Source of the DNA: Octopus sinensis
Lineage: Eukaryota
Assembly: GCF_006345805.1 (NCBI RefSeq)
Contig: NC_043001.1
Location: forward strand, 74,958,001 to 75,022,000
Length of the DNA stretch: 64,000 nucleotides
Direction: 5' to 3'
Below the pieces are notes generated by a model, which was given only the letters and a program-made list of their open reading frames with translations, was not told the origin of the DNA and ran no database searches. Below, in pieces: positions 42,101 to 56,000 of this stretch (positions are counted from its first letter, which is position 1; each line of letters starts with the position of its first letter). Made by a program: the position numbers and the translations under genes.

Positions 42101-45100
42101 CCTCCATTCAGCTCCTGGCCAAGCAACCAGGCAGCTGTCGAATAACAGTTACTTACCAAGGTTCACATAAAATTCTACAAGCTTCTGTTACTGTGGCAGC
42201 ATACAAACCTCTTGTGGTGAGTGTGTTCATCTTTCCTTGTTTCAGTCATTGGGTACCACCTTGAAGGGTTTAGCTGAACGAATAGACCTCAGTACTTATT
42301 TTTAAGTCTGGTATTTATTCTGTTGATCTCTTTTGCTGAACTACTAAGTTATAGATATGCATGGCTTAGTGGTTAGGCCATTGGACTCACAATCATATGA
42401 TTGTGGCTTTGATTCCTGAACTAGGCAATGAGTTGTGTTCTTGAGTAAAAACACTTCATTTCATGTTGCTATAGTTCACTCAGCTGTAGAAATGAGTTTA
42501 GCCTGGAGAGGGATGGACTCTGCCAAGCGTTCTTACCCTAGATACATTGCATGGCTGCTGCGCTCCAGTGAACTCCGAGGGGTTAAGGGACTTGTCAATT
42601 GTAATTTATGGGAGTGGGGGCATAAATCAACACCAGTCATCAAGTTGCATTGGGGAACAAACACAAGGACACACACATTCATACATTGTGTGCTCGCGAT
42701 GGGCCTCTACAGAATTTCTATTGTCTCCCTAATTCACTTACAAGGCATTGATCAACCTGGGGCTATTGCACAGCAGGATTGAACTCAGAACCACGTGGTT
42801 GCAAAGTGAGCTTCTTAACCACATCTGCACCTGTGTTTGTTTAATTTTTATTTTATCTTTTTTCATTTATTCCTTCTGTTTTTAATATTTTTATTTACTT
42901 ACTTAGCTCAAAGTGAACAGGTGGTTGTTGTTAGAGATTAGCTCTAGGTCAACTTTTGATTGTATCTGTGAGAATCTTTCACTATTTTTTTATCCAATGT
43001 TTTTTTTAACCTACATACAGTTGCTACAATTTGTCGCCCATGAGTTTCCTACACCTTGAGAAGGGTGCTTGAAATAAAATATATTGCTACTTTATTTCCG
43101 GTACTTAAAGGTGTGAACAGGCTACTTTTAATTCAGAATGAGGCTAAACTTCCATTTTCTGACACCTTCTTCCTTGTTTATATATTTGTCCATGAGGTAA
43201 ACAAGCTTTGAAATCAAACTGAGTTTTTTGGATTGTTTACCAAATGAAAATGGTCACCCCTGCATTTGAAGCTTTTCTGGAAGAAATTTTGTTAGATTCC
43301 AACTCAGATGATGATTTTGAAGAACTAACTCAGGCAGATATTGCCATAATCATCACCATTTAATGTCTGTTGTTCATGTTGGCATGGGTTGTACAGTTTG
43401 ATCGGAGCTGGCAAACTGGGGAGCTGCACCAGACTCCAGTCTGATTTGGCATGGTTTCTGCAGCTGGATGCCCTTCCTAATGTCAACCACTTTACAGAGT
43501 GTGTTGGGTGATTTTATGTAGCACCACACAGGGACTTTTATGTGGCACTGCACAAGTGCTTTTATGTGGTGTTGCATGGGCGCTTTTACATGGTGCTGCA
43601 TGGGCACTTTTATGTGACACCACAAGTGCTTTTCACCACCAGAGGGACTGGTCTTAACTCTTCTGCTGATGATAAGGATGTAGATTGTGCTTACAGTTAT
43701 ATTGAGAACAATGTGCTGCGTGGATACTATCATCCATGGCTGGCTGATGTAAGGAAAGTACTGGCCCTAAGGAGCTATATTTCTTAGGGGCAACTCTTTT
43801 ATCTATTCCTCAGTACATTACATAAAATATTATTTATCCAATCCTTATTAGTACACAAAAAAATCACGTCTATAGATAATACATCAAAAGTTATAGCAGT
43901 TTTAAAATAGTTAAAATAGGTGCTCATGTCTTTTGTTCTCTCAAAAATAATTATATTAATTTTGAAGATGTAAAAGTAGAAATGGTTGTAAGAATCAAAT
44001 CTCAGGTTACAAGCCATACTGTATTTTCTGGCATACAAGTTGAATTTTTCAGGTCAAGATTTAGAACCAACAAAGGCAGGTTGATTTATACACCAGAATG
44101 ACTTTGGAAGACCAAAAATTCCATGTGGAATGCAGCAAGATTTGGAAGGATAACAATGCTGTTTGAATGTTTATACAACATTCTACTTATATACTGGAAA
44201 ATACAGTATATAATCACATTCTTCTCTGTACTGAGTTCAAATTCTCTCTGAGTTGAGCTGTACTTTTCATCTCTGTGGGGCTGATAACAGGGAGAAATGG
44301 GAGAGACTGTTAGGAGTAGTAGAAGAGAGACAATGATGGGAACTATAAGTTTACAAGTAAAAGAGAGAGAAAGAGAAGTGGATACTGATATGACTAGAGG
44401 ATGATAAGTGATTTGAGAGAGAGGGAGCGGCAGCTAGTTTTACAGGAGGGTAATGGTAGTTGGTAAGAGAGAAATAGAAGTGATGAATAGTCATAAGGCA
44501 AAATTTTGATTAATTAGTTTAACTTAGATTCAAGGATACTATTCCATAAAAACATAAATTTGTTGTAGACACTCTTGTGTTTTCTAGACAGCTAAATTTA
44601 AGTCTTGATTTAATTTTGACCATAATGTATTGTGTTGTTGGTGAACAACTAACAAAAAGGAAAGATAAATTGGAAGTGGCTGTTTCATGTTGGCTTCTCC
44701 AACCCAAGCACTGATCTGACCAAACTCATTTTCAGAATTGCTGAACAATCCAAATTAAAACCAGCTCATCTATTGCTTCTTTCTTATGTAAATATTAACT
44801 TTTTCTTTATTTTATTTTTTTGAATTTTAGGCTGAAAGTCCTCTAAGCATTGTTACTCTTGGTTCTTCAAAAGACATTTTGTTTTCTGGTGGTCCCCAAC
44901 CATGGCAGCTGGATCCAACGGAATATTTTGAAGATTGTAAGTTTTAATTTTCACCTGCTCATGACCAGAATATATATCTTAGTCTTGAAAGATTTTGTTA
45001 CACCAAAACTTACATGAAATGAAATTTGAGATGCAGTACTTACTTCATTTCAAACTCAGAGTTATCTTAGTCTTTACAGCATTTTTAATATTTTTTTTTT

Positions 45101-48100
45101 ATCTTTTAGTCTAGAGGAAGACAATATCCATGACTTCTTGTAGGGTTTTAGGGACTGGTGAGAGGGAAGGAGGGAGAGGAGTGTCCTCAAACTGGAAACC
45201 TGGCTTGAGTGCTTGCAGCAGAGTGGATTCTGATAAAGGTACCCAAGGTGTTGGGTGGTGGTGTTTAACTAGGCAGTGGATTGAATGTACCATCATTGTA
45301 GGCCATGGTGGAATTTGAACTCAGAACTTAAAGTGCTGGTGGGATTTGAACTCTGAATTGATATTCAAAAGGATATTATTATTTTGATAGTGATTTGGTT
45401 GTTTACTCACGTTTTCTTTTTCAGATATTTAACAAATAATGTTTTTTTCTTTTTGTTTTCCAGTGATACCAAGTGCTAACTTTGTTAGTTTTTCACACTT
45501 GTCTGGAATTGAGTTTAGTCTTCACCGTAAGTATTAGAACTGTTTGATTTATTAACAGAAATTAAAGTGTTGTCACAAGATTGATTTATAGCATTTGTTT
45601 TTGATTTTGTGAGTGTTATGTTTTCTATACTTTCTTTGTTTGTGGATTGTGATTTGGTATTTTATGCAAGTGAGCCAATGAAGGCATCAAAGGCTATTGT
45701 AAGGAAATATCTGGGATTTAAAGTGGTATATTTAACGCTAAAGTATTTGAAAAGTCAGCTCAGCCAGGGCAAGAGAGAGGCAAAGGAGTTCAACTGGAAG
45801 TGTTTGAAAGATTAACTTAAGTGTCAGGTCACTTAGGTAGGGTGAGAGTTGCAATGCAGAGTGGGGCATAGTAAGAGTGCATCCAGAATTTTGCCAGCAA
45901 ATTTGAAAAGACCTGAGCGACTGTGGTTGATGAAAAACACTGAAGAAGGGAAGAGTCATTGTTACAACCCCCATCTGACCAAAGCCTACATATTTGTCCT
46001 TAGTGTGCCAGTGCCTGTCATTCAAGGATCAGTTCACATAACCACTTAAGGGCTTGCATCCCTTCCTCTTGATTACTGGATCTGAAAAACTACCTTGTCA
46101 TCATTTGTAGGCAGTGAAGATCCAGAATAAATGATTTAGTGAATGGGTGGCTTAAGTTTCTGAGTGTGTGAAAAGAAAGTATAATTGATATAACTATGCA
46201 TGATATTATATTACTTACTATTGCTCCAGACTGAATAATGTTTCAAATATTTAGAGATAGCAGAATCAGTAGAATACCAGACTAAATACCTTGATGTATT
46301 TATTTGTCTTTTTTTACTTAATCATTTCATTTTCTGTCAAGTTTGAGAGCCTTCTGAGATAGACTCTCAAAATTTGTGGCCGTGTGTCTTTGTTAGAAAT
46401 CATTAGTTAAAAGCAGTGATTGGCAGAATTGGTAGAGTTCTGGACAAAGTACTTTGTGGTATTTAGTTACATTCTGAGTAAATTGTAACTGTTGATTTTT
46501 ACCTTTTATCCTTCCATGAGTTAATAAAATATATACCAGTCACTTACTGGGATCCATTTAATCAACTGTTCCCTGTATGACATTTTAGTTACTAGTAGCA
46601 GTATTATTACATTCATCCATATTTTTGTTTCATTGTTGGGTAAAGTCACACCATATATCATTGCTGCCTTATCTTTGTTGGTTGTTGGTCTAATTGTGTA
46701 TGCTGGCTAATTGCTAGTTTAACCAGAGTGTTGTCATGGTCAGGTGATTGCCTTTGGCCATTGGGACTAAGGCAAAATTTGAACTCAGAACACAAAGAGT
46801 TGGCACTGACACTGCAAGGCATCTTGTCCAATGCTCTAACAGTTCCACCAATATTTATCACTATGGACTGGTGCTTATCTATGAACCCCAGCTTGGCATA
46901 ACCCTCCAGCTTGTTAGCTCTTGTCAAACTGTGCAGCCTATGGAAAGCAGATGATAAATGATAACAAAAGACAATGTTGGCCTTGGAAGGATTTGAACCT
47001 GGAGAACAAAGAACTGGAATGATGACTGCAAAGCTTTTTCTAATGTTATTTATTATCCATAAGTTGTAGTTATTTAATGTTTCTACTTACTTTCTGGACA
47101 ATGAAACTCATTGCTATATTTTTATGCATGAATATATTGCCTGTATCCTATGGAAAGACACTTGTTCCTGCCCCTCTATCATATTTTAACCTCTTATTAC
47201 CTTGCTCATTACTACTCCCTGCTTAATTGAGGAGGTTTTGTCTTTCAAGTCACATAAAATGCACCTTGTACATTCAGTAAAGTGGAAGGCATTAAGAAGG
47301 GCATCCAACTGTTGAAAGCAGCTAAAATGGACATTGGAGTTTGGTGCAGTCCTCTGCCTCAGTTGAACTGTCCAACCCATGCCAGCATGGACAGCACAGT
47401 AAATGATGATGATGAATATAGTGATTGTGGTTGAAGTATTCTGGCAGAATTGTTAGCATGCTGGGCAAAATGCTAAGCATTTCGTCTGTCTTTACATTCT
47501 GAGTTGAAATGCTGCTGAGTTTGACTGCCTTTCATCCTTTCAGGGTTGATGAAACAAGTACCAATTATGTACAGGGGGCTATATTATTGACTAACCCCTA
47601 CCCCCCAAATTTCAGGCCTTGTGCCTTTAGTAGAAAGCATTATTACTTTAATTAATGTGGAGGCGCAATGGCCCAGTGGTTAGGGCAGCGGACTCGCGGT
47701 CATAGGATCGCGGTTTCGATTCCCAGACCGGGCGTTGTAAGTGTTTATTGAGCGAAAACACCTAAAGCTCCACGAGGCTCCGGCAGGGGATGGTGGTGAT
47801 CCCTGCTGTACTCTTTCACCACAACTTTCTCTCACTCTTACTTCCTGTTTCTGTTGTACCTGTATTTCAAAGGGCCGGCCTTGTCACTCTCTGTGTCACG
47901 CTGAATATCCCTGAGAACTACGTTAAGGGTACACGTGTCTGTGGAGTGCTCAGCCACTTACACGTTAATTTCACGAGCAGGCTGTTCCGTTGATTCGGAT
48001 CAACCGGAACCCTTGTCGTCGTAACCGACGGAGTGCTTCCATCCATATTACTTTAATGTATTGATTGTGGTGATATCTATCAAAACACAAATGTATTGAC

Positions 48101-51100
48101 ATGCACATGATTAATGTGTGAAAATGTAACAATATATGGATGTATTGATATATACTGTATATATATATATGTATATATATAATGTCTCAATATGTGAATG
48201 TATTGATACATGAATATATTGATATACGATGGTTCAATACGGGTATATATTAAGGCACTGAGCTGGTAGAATTATTAGCACACTGGACAAAATGCTTAGC
48301 TGCATTTCGTCTGCCTTTATGTTCTGAGATCAGATTCTGCTGAGATTGACTTTTTCTTATATCCTTTTGGGGCTTATTAAGTACCAGTTTAGCACTGGGG
48401 TCAATGTAACTGACTTAGCTCCCCCCCCCCCCACCGCCCCTGGACTTGTTTGTTTTGTGCCAAAATTTGATACCAATATATTGAATGTATTGATACATGC
48501 TTATGTGTTGATACATGAATTTATTACTGTACGATGATATTGATATACAAATGAATGATGTTTGATATGTAATTGTTGTATGATTATTTATTTCCACTGT
48601 TGAAATATTTCTTCCTATTTCCTGTATCTTCCTTAAAGGAGGTCTTCATGCTTTTCAAGTTGTGTGTACAGGACTCGGGGAGCAGGTAAGTTTCCACTTC
48701 TTGTCCTTTCTGCCGTTCTTTCTTTCCTCCAGTTAATCAGTGTCTCTTAATATGCTGGGTGTGTATGATATAAAAAAAAACAAAAACATAAAGATGTTTT
48801 CTGCATAACTTTCAAACAATATTTGAAAAATATATGGAACAGCAAATATTTCTAAGGAAAAGCATGCTCATATAATGTATATATATATATATATATATAC
48901 CAAGTGGGTACTGGAAAGTTCCTGGCTGTAAGGATATCAAGAGAGGTTTGGTTAAAGGCTCAACCTTCCAAGTTCTTTTGCAGAGCTTAGAAAACCTGAA
49001 AGACCACTGCAATAAGTGTGTGAATCTGAGAGGAAAATATGTTGAATAAAATCATAATTAACTGATCCACTTGTATTTTCTTTTATTCAAAGCCAGGAAC
49101 TTTTCAGCACCTCCTTATGTATGTATACACATACGCACACATAGGCAAGGTGGGCCAAAAATCATGTACAAGTATGTGTGTATTCATCATGTCTTTATTT
49201 ATTTTATTCAGTTTTAGAAAAATTGAAGTTTGTCTGACAATTTCAGAGAGTATTTGAACTCATTTTGTGTGTAACTTTTGGCCCACCCCTATATATATAT
49301 ATATATACATATATATATAGATAAATAGATGGATATATATATATATAGATATAGATATGTCCCCAAAATATGAAGAACAAGCACTAAAAAAACAACAACG
49401 TGAGGACTTTGTACATGTAAAATATTAGCAGATGCTCAGGAAAGGAAAGAAAGGTGGTTTTATGTTTCGAGCAAAGCTCTTCTTCAGAAACAGGAGACAG
49501 AAGAAAGTCCAATAGAAAAGGAAGATGGAAGGGAAAAAAATCACCAATGATTCACTTGTGGTTTACATTTTGAAATGACCAGAAGGGAATGGGTGTGTAT
49601 GTATATATATATATATACACACACACACATACACTCGTACTCATTCGCTAACTCTTATCATGATTGATTAATAATTGTTTTACTTCTATCTATTCAGACT
49701 TTAAAACTGAAAGTTGGCAACAAACCCACTCACACTAATCTCTTGCCTGTTGTTGTGGAAACCTTTGTCAAGTAAGTAACACCTTTTGCTTCTTACATTT
49801 TTTTTTTATATCTCTTTTTTACTTAACCCTTTTTAAGCAAAGGCATGTGTGGCCCATTGGCTAGAGTGTTTGGCCTTATGGATCATGTCGTGGTGGGTTC
49901 AGTTCTCATTGAGTGGCACATTGAGTCCTTGAATAAGGCACTTCATTTTACATTACTCCAGACTGTTCAACTGAAAATGAGTGCCAGTGACATTATTGTC
50001 ATTTAGCATGTTTTCCATGCTGGTATGGGTTGGGCAGTTTGACAGGAGCTGGTGAGCCAGAAGACTGCACCAAACTCCAGTGTCTTCTATGGCATGATTT
50101 CTTTGGCTATACACCCTCCCTAATGTATACCCTCATAGGGTATGTTGGTATTCTGAAAGTATCTCAGTGACAACCATGCCCTGTATAATTATGAGCTGTT
50201 CTGTGGCAAGGTATAAGATCTGTTCAGCCACTCTATTAAGGATGTGGGAAGTCATGGGACTGCAGCATGATGGATTGTGAAGAAGTAGGAGAAGAACTCA
50301 ACTGAGCCATCTGTTCTTCTTACACTGATGTTGAGCAGAGGAATCCTAGATCAACTGACAGAATCCCCAAGCTCTATCAAGTGAGTAACTGCCATGCATC
50401 CATAGGGGCAGCATCCATGGTTATGTAATCAGCTAAAGAAATATGGTAACTCAAGCTCCTAATTGAAATTCATAAAAATGGAATCGGATGGTGACAGAGT
50501 TATGGGAATCTGTGAAAGCAACAAAAAAGTCAACTACTTTACAAAGTGTACTGGATGCTTATGTGGCATCAATGCTAATGAGGTCTCAACTCCCAAAACA
50601 AGACTCTCAGCCAAAGGGTGGTGAGTAGTATTGAGGGAGGTGTCTTAATGCTAGGTGATAAGGAAGTAAAAGTATGATAGAAGGGCAAGAACACTTGTCT
50701 TATAGTAGATGAGATCCATGGTTACCTCAGTTGGAAAAGAGAGAAATTGTTGGTGAAGATGTGTCAGAGTGCATCTTTGAGTTACAGAAAGGTGAAAATA
50801 AGAGAATTGGTATGAGTTGGTATGTAAGACTGCAAAAATGTGAAAGGAGAATGACATATAAATGGAGCTAGAAAGAAATGCAGTTAGTGGTACAGGTGGA
50901 AGTCTGGTCAGTTGTGAATATCAGCTGGAAGAGAAGGTGCAGGGTGTGGGTCAGGGTCAGACATCTGGGGATTAATGAACTTTTCTATGTTTTTATGTTG
51001 AAACTTGTTTCAGTTGGATTTCTAGTTATTTCAGACATCACGACAAAAAAAATTTTTCAAATTTCTGTAAGCTACTGGGAAAGACTCAAGAGATTAAAAC

Positions 51101-53053
51101 TATATTCCCTGGAGCGTAGGCGGGAAAGATATGCCATAATATACATCTGGAAGATCCTGGAGGGAAGTGTCCTGAACTTTGGCATCGAGAGTTACGCAAA
51201 TGCCAGAACTGGGCGCCACTGCGTGGTGCCTAGGACTCCAAACTTGCCATCAAGATGTAGGACAAGATTCTGTGATAGCCTGGGCTTCCGAGGCCCACAG
51301 CTCTTCAATATCCTCCCGAAGAACCTGAGAGACCTGCATGGGGTGGATGCAGATGTCTTTAAAATGAAGCTGGATCTCTTCCTGTCAGGTGTCCCAGATG
51401 AACCAACTTCATGGCAGGAGGGGCAGATGAGGGCAGCTGCATCGAACTCTCTCATGCACCAAATGGCAGTTGCTAGAAAGCTTTCGTGAAGTGAAACCAA
51501 GTAGCAACACCAAATGGCGGTGCCCCAGCATGGCCACAGCTCATAAGCTGAAACTAGAATCAATCAATCAATCAATCAAGTGGAAGCTGTAATTACAGCT
51601 TCAATATGTTTCAGTAATTATCCTGTGTACATTTCAGTAAATATTAATAATGTTCAAAACCACTGTAATTCCATATTTCAGATTTATCTGTGCTGAACCT
51701 GTTAGTCTTCATCTACAACCACAAGTCTTAACTGTTTCTAAACAGTCAGATCTGCCACCATGTCCTGTTTTCTTGGATTCTAATCAAGTTGTAAGTTATT
51801 TCCTTTTACAATATTACATATTATCTGTAAAAAAAAGCGCTGATCTCTAACTTTAGAGGGAACTTGTGGAAGAAGTAGACCCTGGAAGACATGGGATGAG
51901 GTGGTGAAGCAAGATCTTTGAATGTTGGGCCTTATGGAGGTGATAAGTGACTGAGACCTTTGATGATATGCCGTGATTTAGAAGACTCGTCAAGCTAAGT
52001 GAAATTGTAATTGTGGCTGATGCCAGTGTCACATAACAGGCACCTGTGTCAGTGGCATGTAAAAAGCACTATGAGTGGTTGGCATTAGGAAGGGCATCCA
52101 GCCATAGAAATCAAGCAAATCAGAGTGGAACCTGGAGCAGCTTTCCAGTTTACCAATTTCAGTCAAACCATCTAACCCATGCCAGCATGGAAAGCAGATG
52201 CTAATTGATGATGATTATGGGCACAGGTTTACTTCCCAACCACATGGTTTCATGTTCAGTTTCACTGCCCAGCACCTTGTGCATGTGTCTTTTGCTATAG
52301 CCCTAGGCTGACCAAAGCCTTGTGAATGGATTTAGCAGATGGAAACTGAAAGACGCCCATCATATGAAAGTGTGTGTATGTGTTGTTACTGTCTTCTTAC
52401 CTTGGCATCATGTCATAGTTACAAACGTGTCTTACTGTCATGCGAAATTCTTAGCGGTATTTCATCTGTATGCGGGTTGAAGGCTGTTGTATGTTTATGA
52501 GTTCTGCCAAATGCGAGCTTTCTTTTCAGAGACATGATACTGCTGTCCTCCATCCCAGGGTCTTGCGGGCCCACACTTTCCACACCTTCAGAGTTGGCAC
52601 AATTAATGTTAGCACATTGAAAGGTAGGTCTGGTGAGATTGTTGAGATGCTTGAGCTGCATCCAAGAAGTAAGATGGAGAGGAAGTTCTGCTAGATTTTA
52701 TATATATATAATCAAGTAGCCAGCATGTAATAAAACCATACAGGTAACAATTAATACAAGATATATAATTATATAAATATAATTATAATAAGGGCACTAA
52801 TGAGTAGCACCACATGCTAGAAATAAATGCCAAATGGCTCTAAGAACTACATTATTTACCCCATTAGCATGGGTTGTAAGCGAGGGAAGTGAACAAAGAT
52901 TTCTAGCATGTGGCACTTTTCATTAGTGCTCTTATTATTGTTATATATTTATATATTTAGCATATATAAGAACAGTTTAATGTGTATATTCCTCACTGGG
53001 CAGATTAAGTTAAATTTAAGCAACAGTAGAAAACTAAGTTGATGTGAAAACAT

Positions 53054-53095
<42 letters not shown>

Positions 53096-56000
53096 CATCC
53101 TCATTCATTTTGCATGCAGCTTTTGATAAAGAAATCTGCTGTGAAATATATCAGCAATCATCTTAATTTTCTTATTTTGACATTTAATCTCATTACTTAT
53201 TTTTACATTGTCCTTGACCTTTCCCTTTCATGGATTGACTCCAGTAATAGCAGCTGACACTTAAGCAATTATAAATATTTCAGTTTCCATAATATCAAGT
53301 GTGTAGGAAATACCTCATTGTAAGATGCTATGTCAAAGGAATTTCCGCCTATGGCAGTGGGTTTGGGTTCAATTTAACCTAATGAAATACCTCCACCCAC
53401 AACTCTCTTATTGTCTCTGTTTACAAGTTGGTTGAAATAGGCTTTAGTCAGTTTGGCCAGCTATGAATATATGAGACCATAGTTACAATTACCAAAATGT
53501 AATGCTGTGTTTCAATGAGTTTAGAAATGATATAGGGTGTCTTATAGAAAAGAAATTTGTAAGTTCAAAATTGCTTTTGCGAGGTGATGTGTATATGAAT
53601 AATTTAACTGTTGTGACTACAGATACTGATAGTTACTAATGCTACTAATGTTAGTAGCATTATTAAACTTTTAATAAATTTAAATTTGAAATCATCATTA
53701 TCATCATGTACTTAATTTACAAAATGTTCCGTTTTACTGTCCATCATAGTATCATTCATCATCATCATCATCATCATTTAACGTCCGCTTTCCATGCTAG
53801 CATGGGTTGGACGGTTCAACTGGGGTCTGGGGAGCCCGAAGGCTGCACCAGGCCAGTCAGATCTGGCAGTGTTTCTACAGCTGGATGCCCTTCCTAACGC
53901 CAACCACTCCGTTCTTTTATCTATAACTAGCAGTATCACCTGGCGTTGCTCGGGTTTGTAAGGGAAATAACTATAAAGCATTTATAGAGAGTTATAGCCA
54001 AAAAATAGCAAAAAAATGGGAAAAAAATGATGGTAAATTTTTTTTTGAGAGTTAAAAGGTCGAGTTGCGTCCCCTAGACAGTCTGTAGTTTGTGTTTCTG
54101 ATTCTCGACCCCATGTCGAATTTATCGATTTTTTTCAGAACTGGGGGAACTTTTCAAAATTTTCGCTGCGTTAGTTTTGAATTATGACATTGGGCTATGT
54201 GTGTATCAAGTTTCATCAGAATCGGTTGAAAGCCGTGGTCAGGGTGAGGGTACAACCTAACAGACACACAGACAGACAAACTGCCGTTTATATATAGAGA
54301 GATTTTTTGGTTCAGTTTTATGTATTTGAGAGTGTGCATATATGTGTGAGCTGTGTATTGGTGCATGCATATGCACATGTGTGCCACTCATGTATTTGTA
54401 CTTGTGTGCACTCGCATTTGTATGCTTATCTGTGTAGGTATGCTTGTACTTGTGAGATTATGTGTTTATGTATATATGTGTATGTTTGTTTCACTACAGA
54501 TTCCAGTTCACTGCAAGCAAGACTTGACAGTCCTGTTGACTGTCACTGATAATCAAGGACATAAATTTGACAACTTTTCATCCCTCAAGTTTGACTGGAA
54601 GTTGTCCGACACATCATTGGCCTCCCTCAACTTAGCTGAACCAATGAGAATAGAGACAGACATTTCTGATAGAACTTCTAAGGTTTCAGCTGTTGGTAAG
54701 TTCACATCTCTTTCACCTCTTTCTGCTTCCTCTTAAATGGGGTGGGTGTTCTCTTCTAGTCTTAGCTAGTTGTTGTTTAGTCCCTTGGTCTCTTGATTAA
54801 CCCTTTTGTTACAATATTTCTGTTGAACTCCATGGTTTTAGTTTCAATTTATTGTTGAATATAATGAAAAGTTTAGTAAAAAAAACTGTGATTGGAAATG
54901 TTATTTTTATTTTCTTATTCTTCAGGTTACCAAGTTGTGGGAATGTTTGGTAAGCCTGGTACAGTGATTTTAACTGTTTCCTGTCAAAACTATATCTCTA
55001 GGTACCTGTCTCATTACCGAATTCCACTTCATGTAAGTAACTCAAGCTAGGACTATTTCAAAAGTTTTTGTTATGTTAAAAGACACATTCTTAACAGACT
55101 GGAATTACTAACAAAAAAGCTCTCTGATTGGGAAGAGTTATATGTTCAGTTGACTATGGAGTTTGAAGCTTGCTTTTGATATTTATTTTTTGTTTTGTAT
55201 TGACTGGTAGGAACAAAGAGGGAAGATTAATTATGAGCAATGTAAGTTTCAGAATTTTGTTGTGAAGGATAAAAGGATTGGTGCAGAATATTTGGACTTT
55301 ATCTGAAATTGCAATCTATGTGAATTGAGTCTGTTTCTATCAGAAATTGAAACCTTGTCACAGAATTTACTCTACAAGGAAAACAGCATTAATATAGAAT
55401 ATATATATATATATATATATTCAATATGTAGTAGCATTAGCATTGGAATTAGTTTTGTGTCACTGTCTACCTCCCAACACATGCTCGGCACTTTATCATC
55501 ATCAGCTTTAGTTCCAAAGTAGCAGTGTGTGGGAGAGAGAGCATGTCCATGTTCTTTGTGTGATGTTTCCTGGATGGTTCTTCAGTCTTTCCATGTAACT
55601 TTTTACCATTATACACACACACACTCACATGTATGTATGTGAGAATAAGATTAGGTGGGGCAAAGTTCAGAGAGCTCCTACTCCTGCTGGCAACAGAGGG
55701 TATCTCTCTGAGTGAAAGGCAGATTGATGCCTGTTTGTGAACAGCTATACTGCATGGCAGTGAAACATGGGCTATAGCAGCCAAGGACATGCGTAGGCTT
55801 GAGAGAAATGAAGCCAGTGTACTTCGCTGGATGTGCAATGTCAGTGTGCTTGTTTGTCAGAGTGTAAGCATCTTGAGAGAAAAGTTAGGCATTACAGGAA
55901 TCAGATGTGGTGTGCAAGAGAGATGACTGCACTGGTATGGTCAGGTGGTGTGTATGGACAATGACAGCTGTGTAAAGAAGTGCCAAGCACTAACTGTAGA

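Noticed and set aside
43374-43733. ORF with repeated QHHIKAP-like octapeptide
   Set aside because: Product of the 24-bp minisatellite in an RTE 3'UTR
43245-43760. Acidic [10 protein letters not shown] peptide as a NUP210 exon or piggyBac N-terminus
   Set aside because: Exons 15 and 16 already join in frame, and no TIRs or catalytic motifs support a transposase call
47659-47735. tRNA gene
   Set aside because: No complete cloverleaf or poly-T terminator; it continues into a SINE body with a TSD
48626-48638. U12-like branch motif TTCCTTAA before exon 18
   Set aside because: The upstream donor is ordinary GTAAGT and the motif abuts the AG; treated as U2
50878-51489. 203-aa ORF as a host gene
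   Set aside because: The C-terminal part is LINE ORF2; the N-terminal part is incidental intronic sequence
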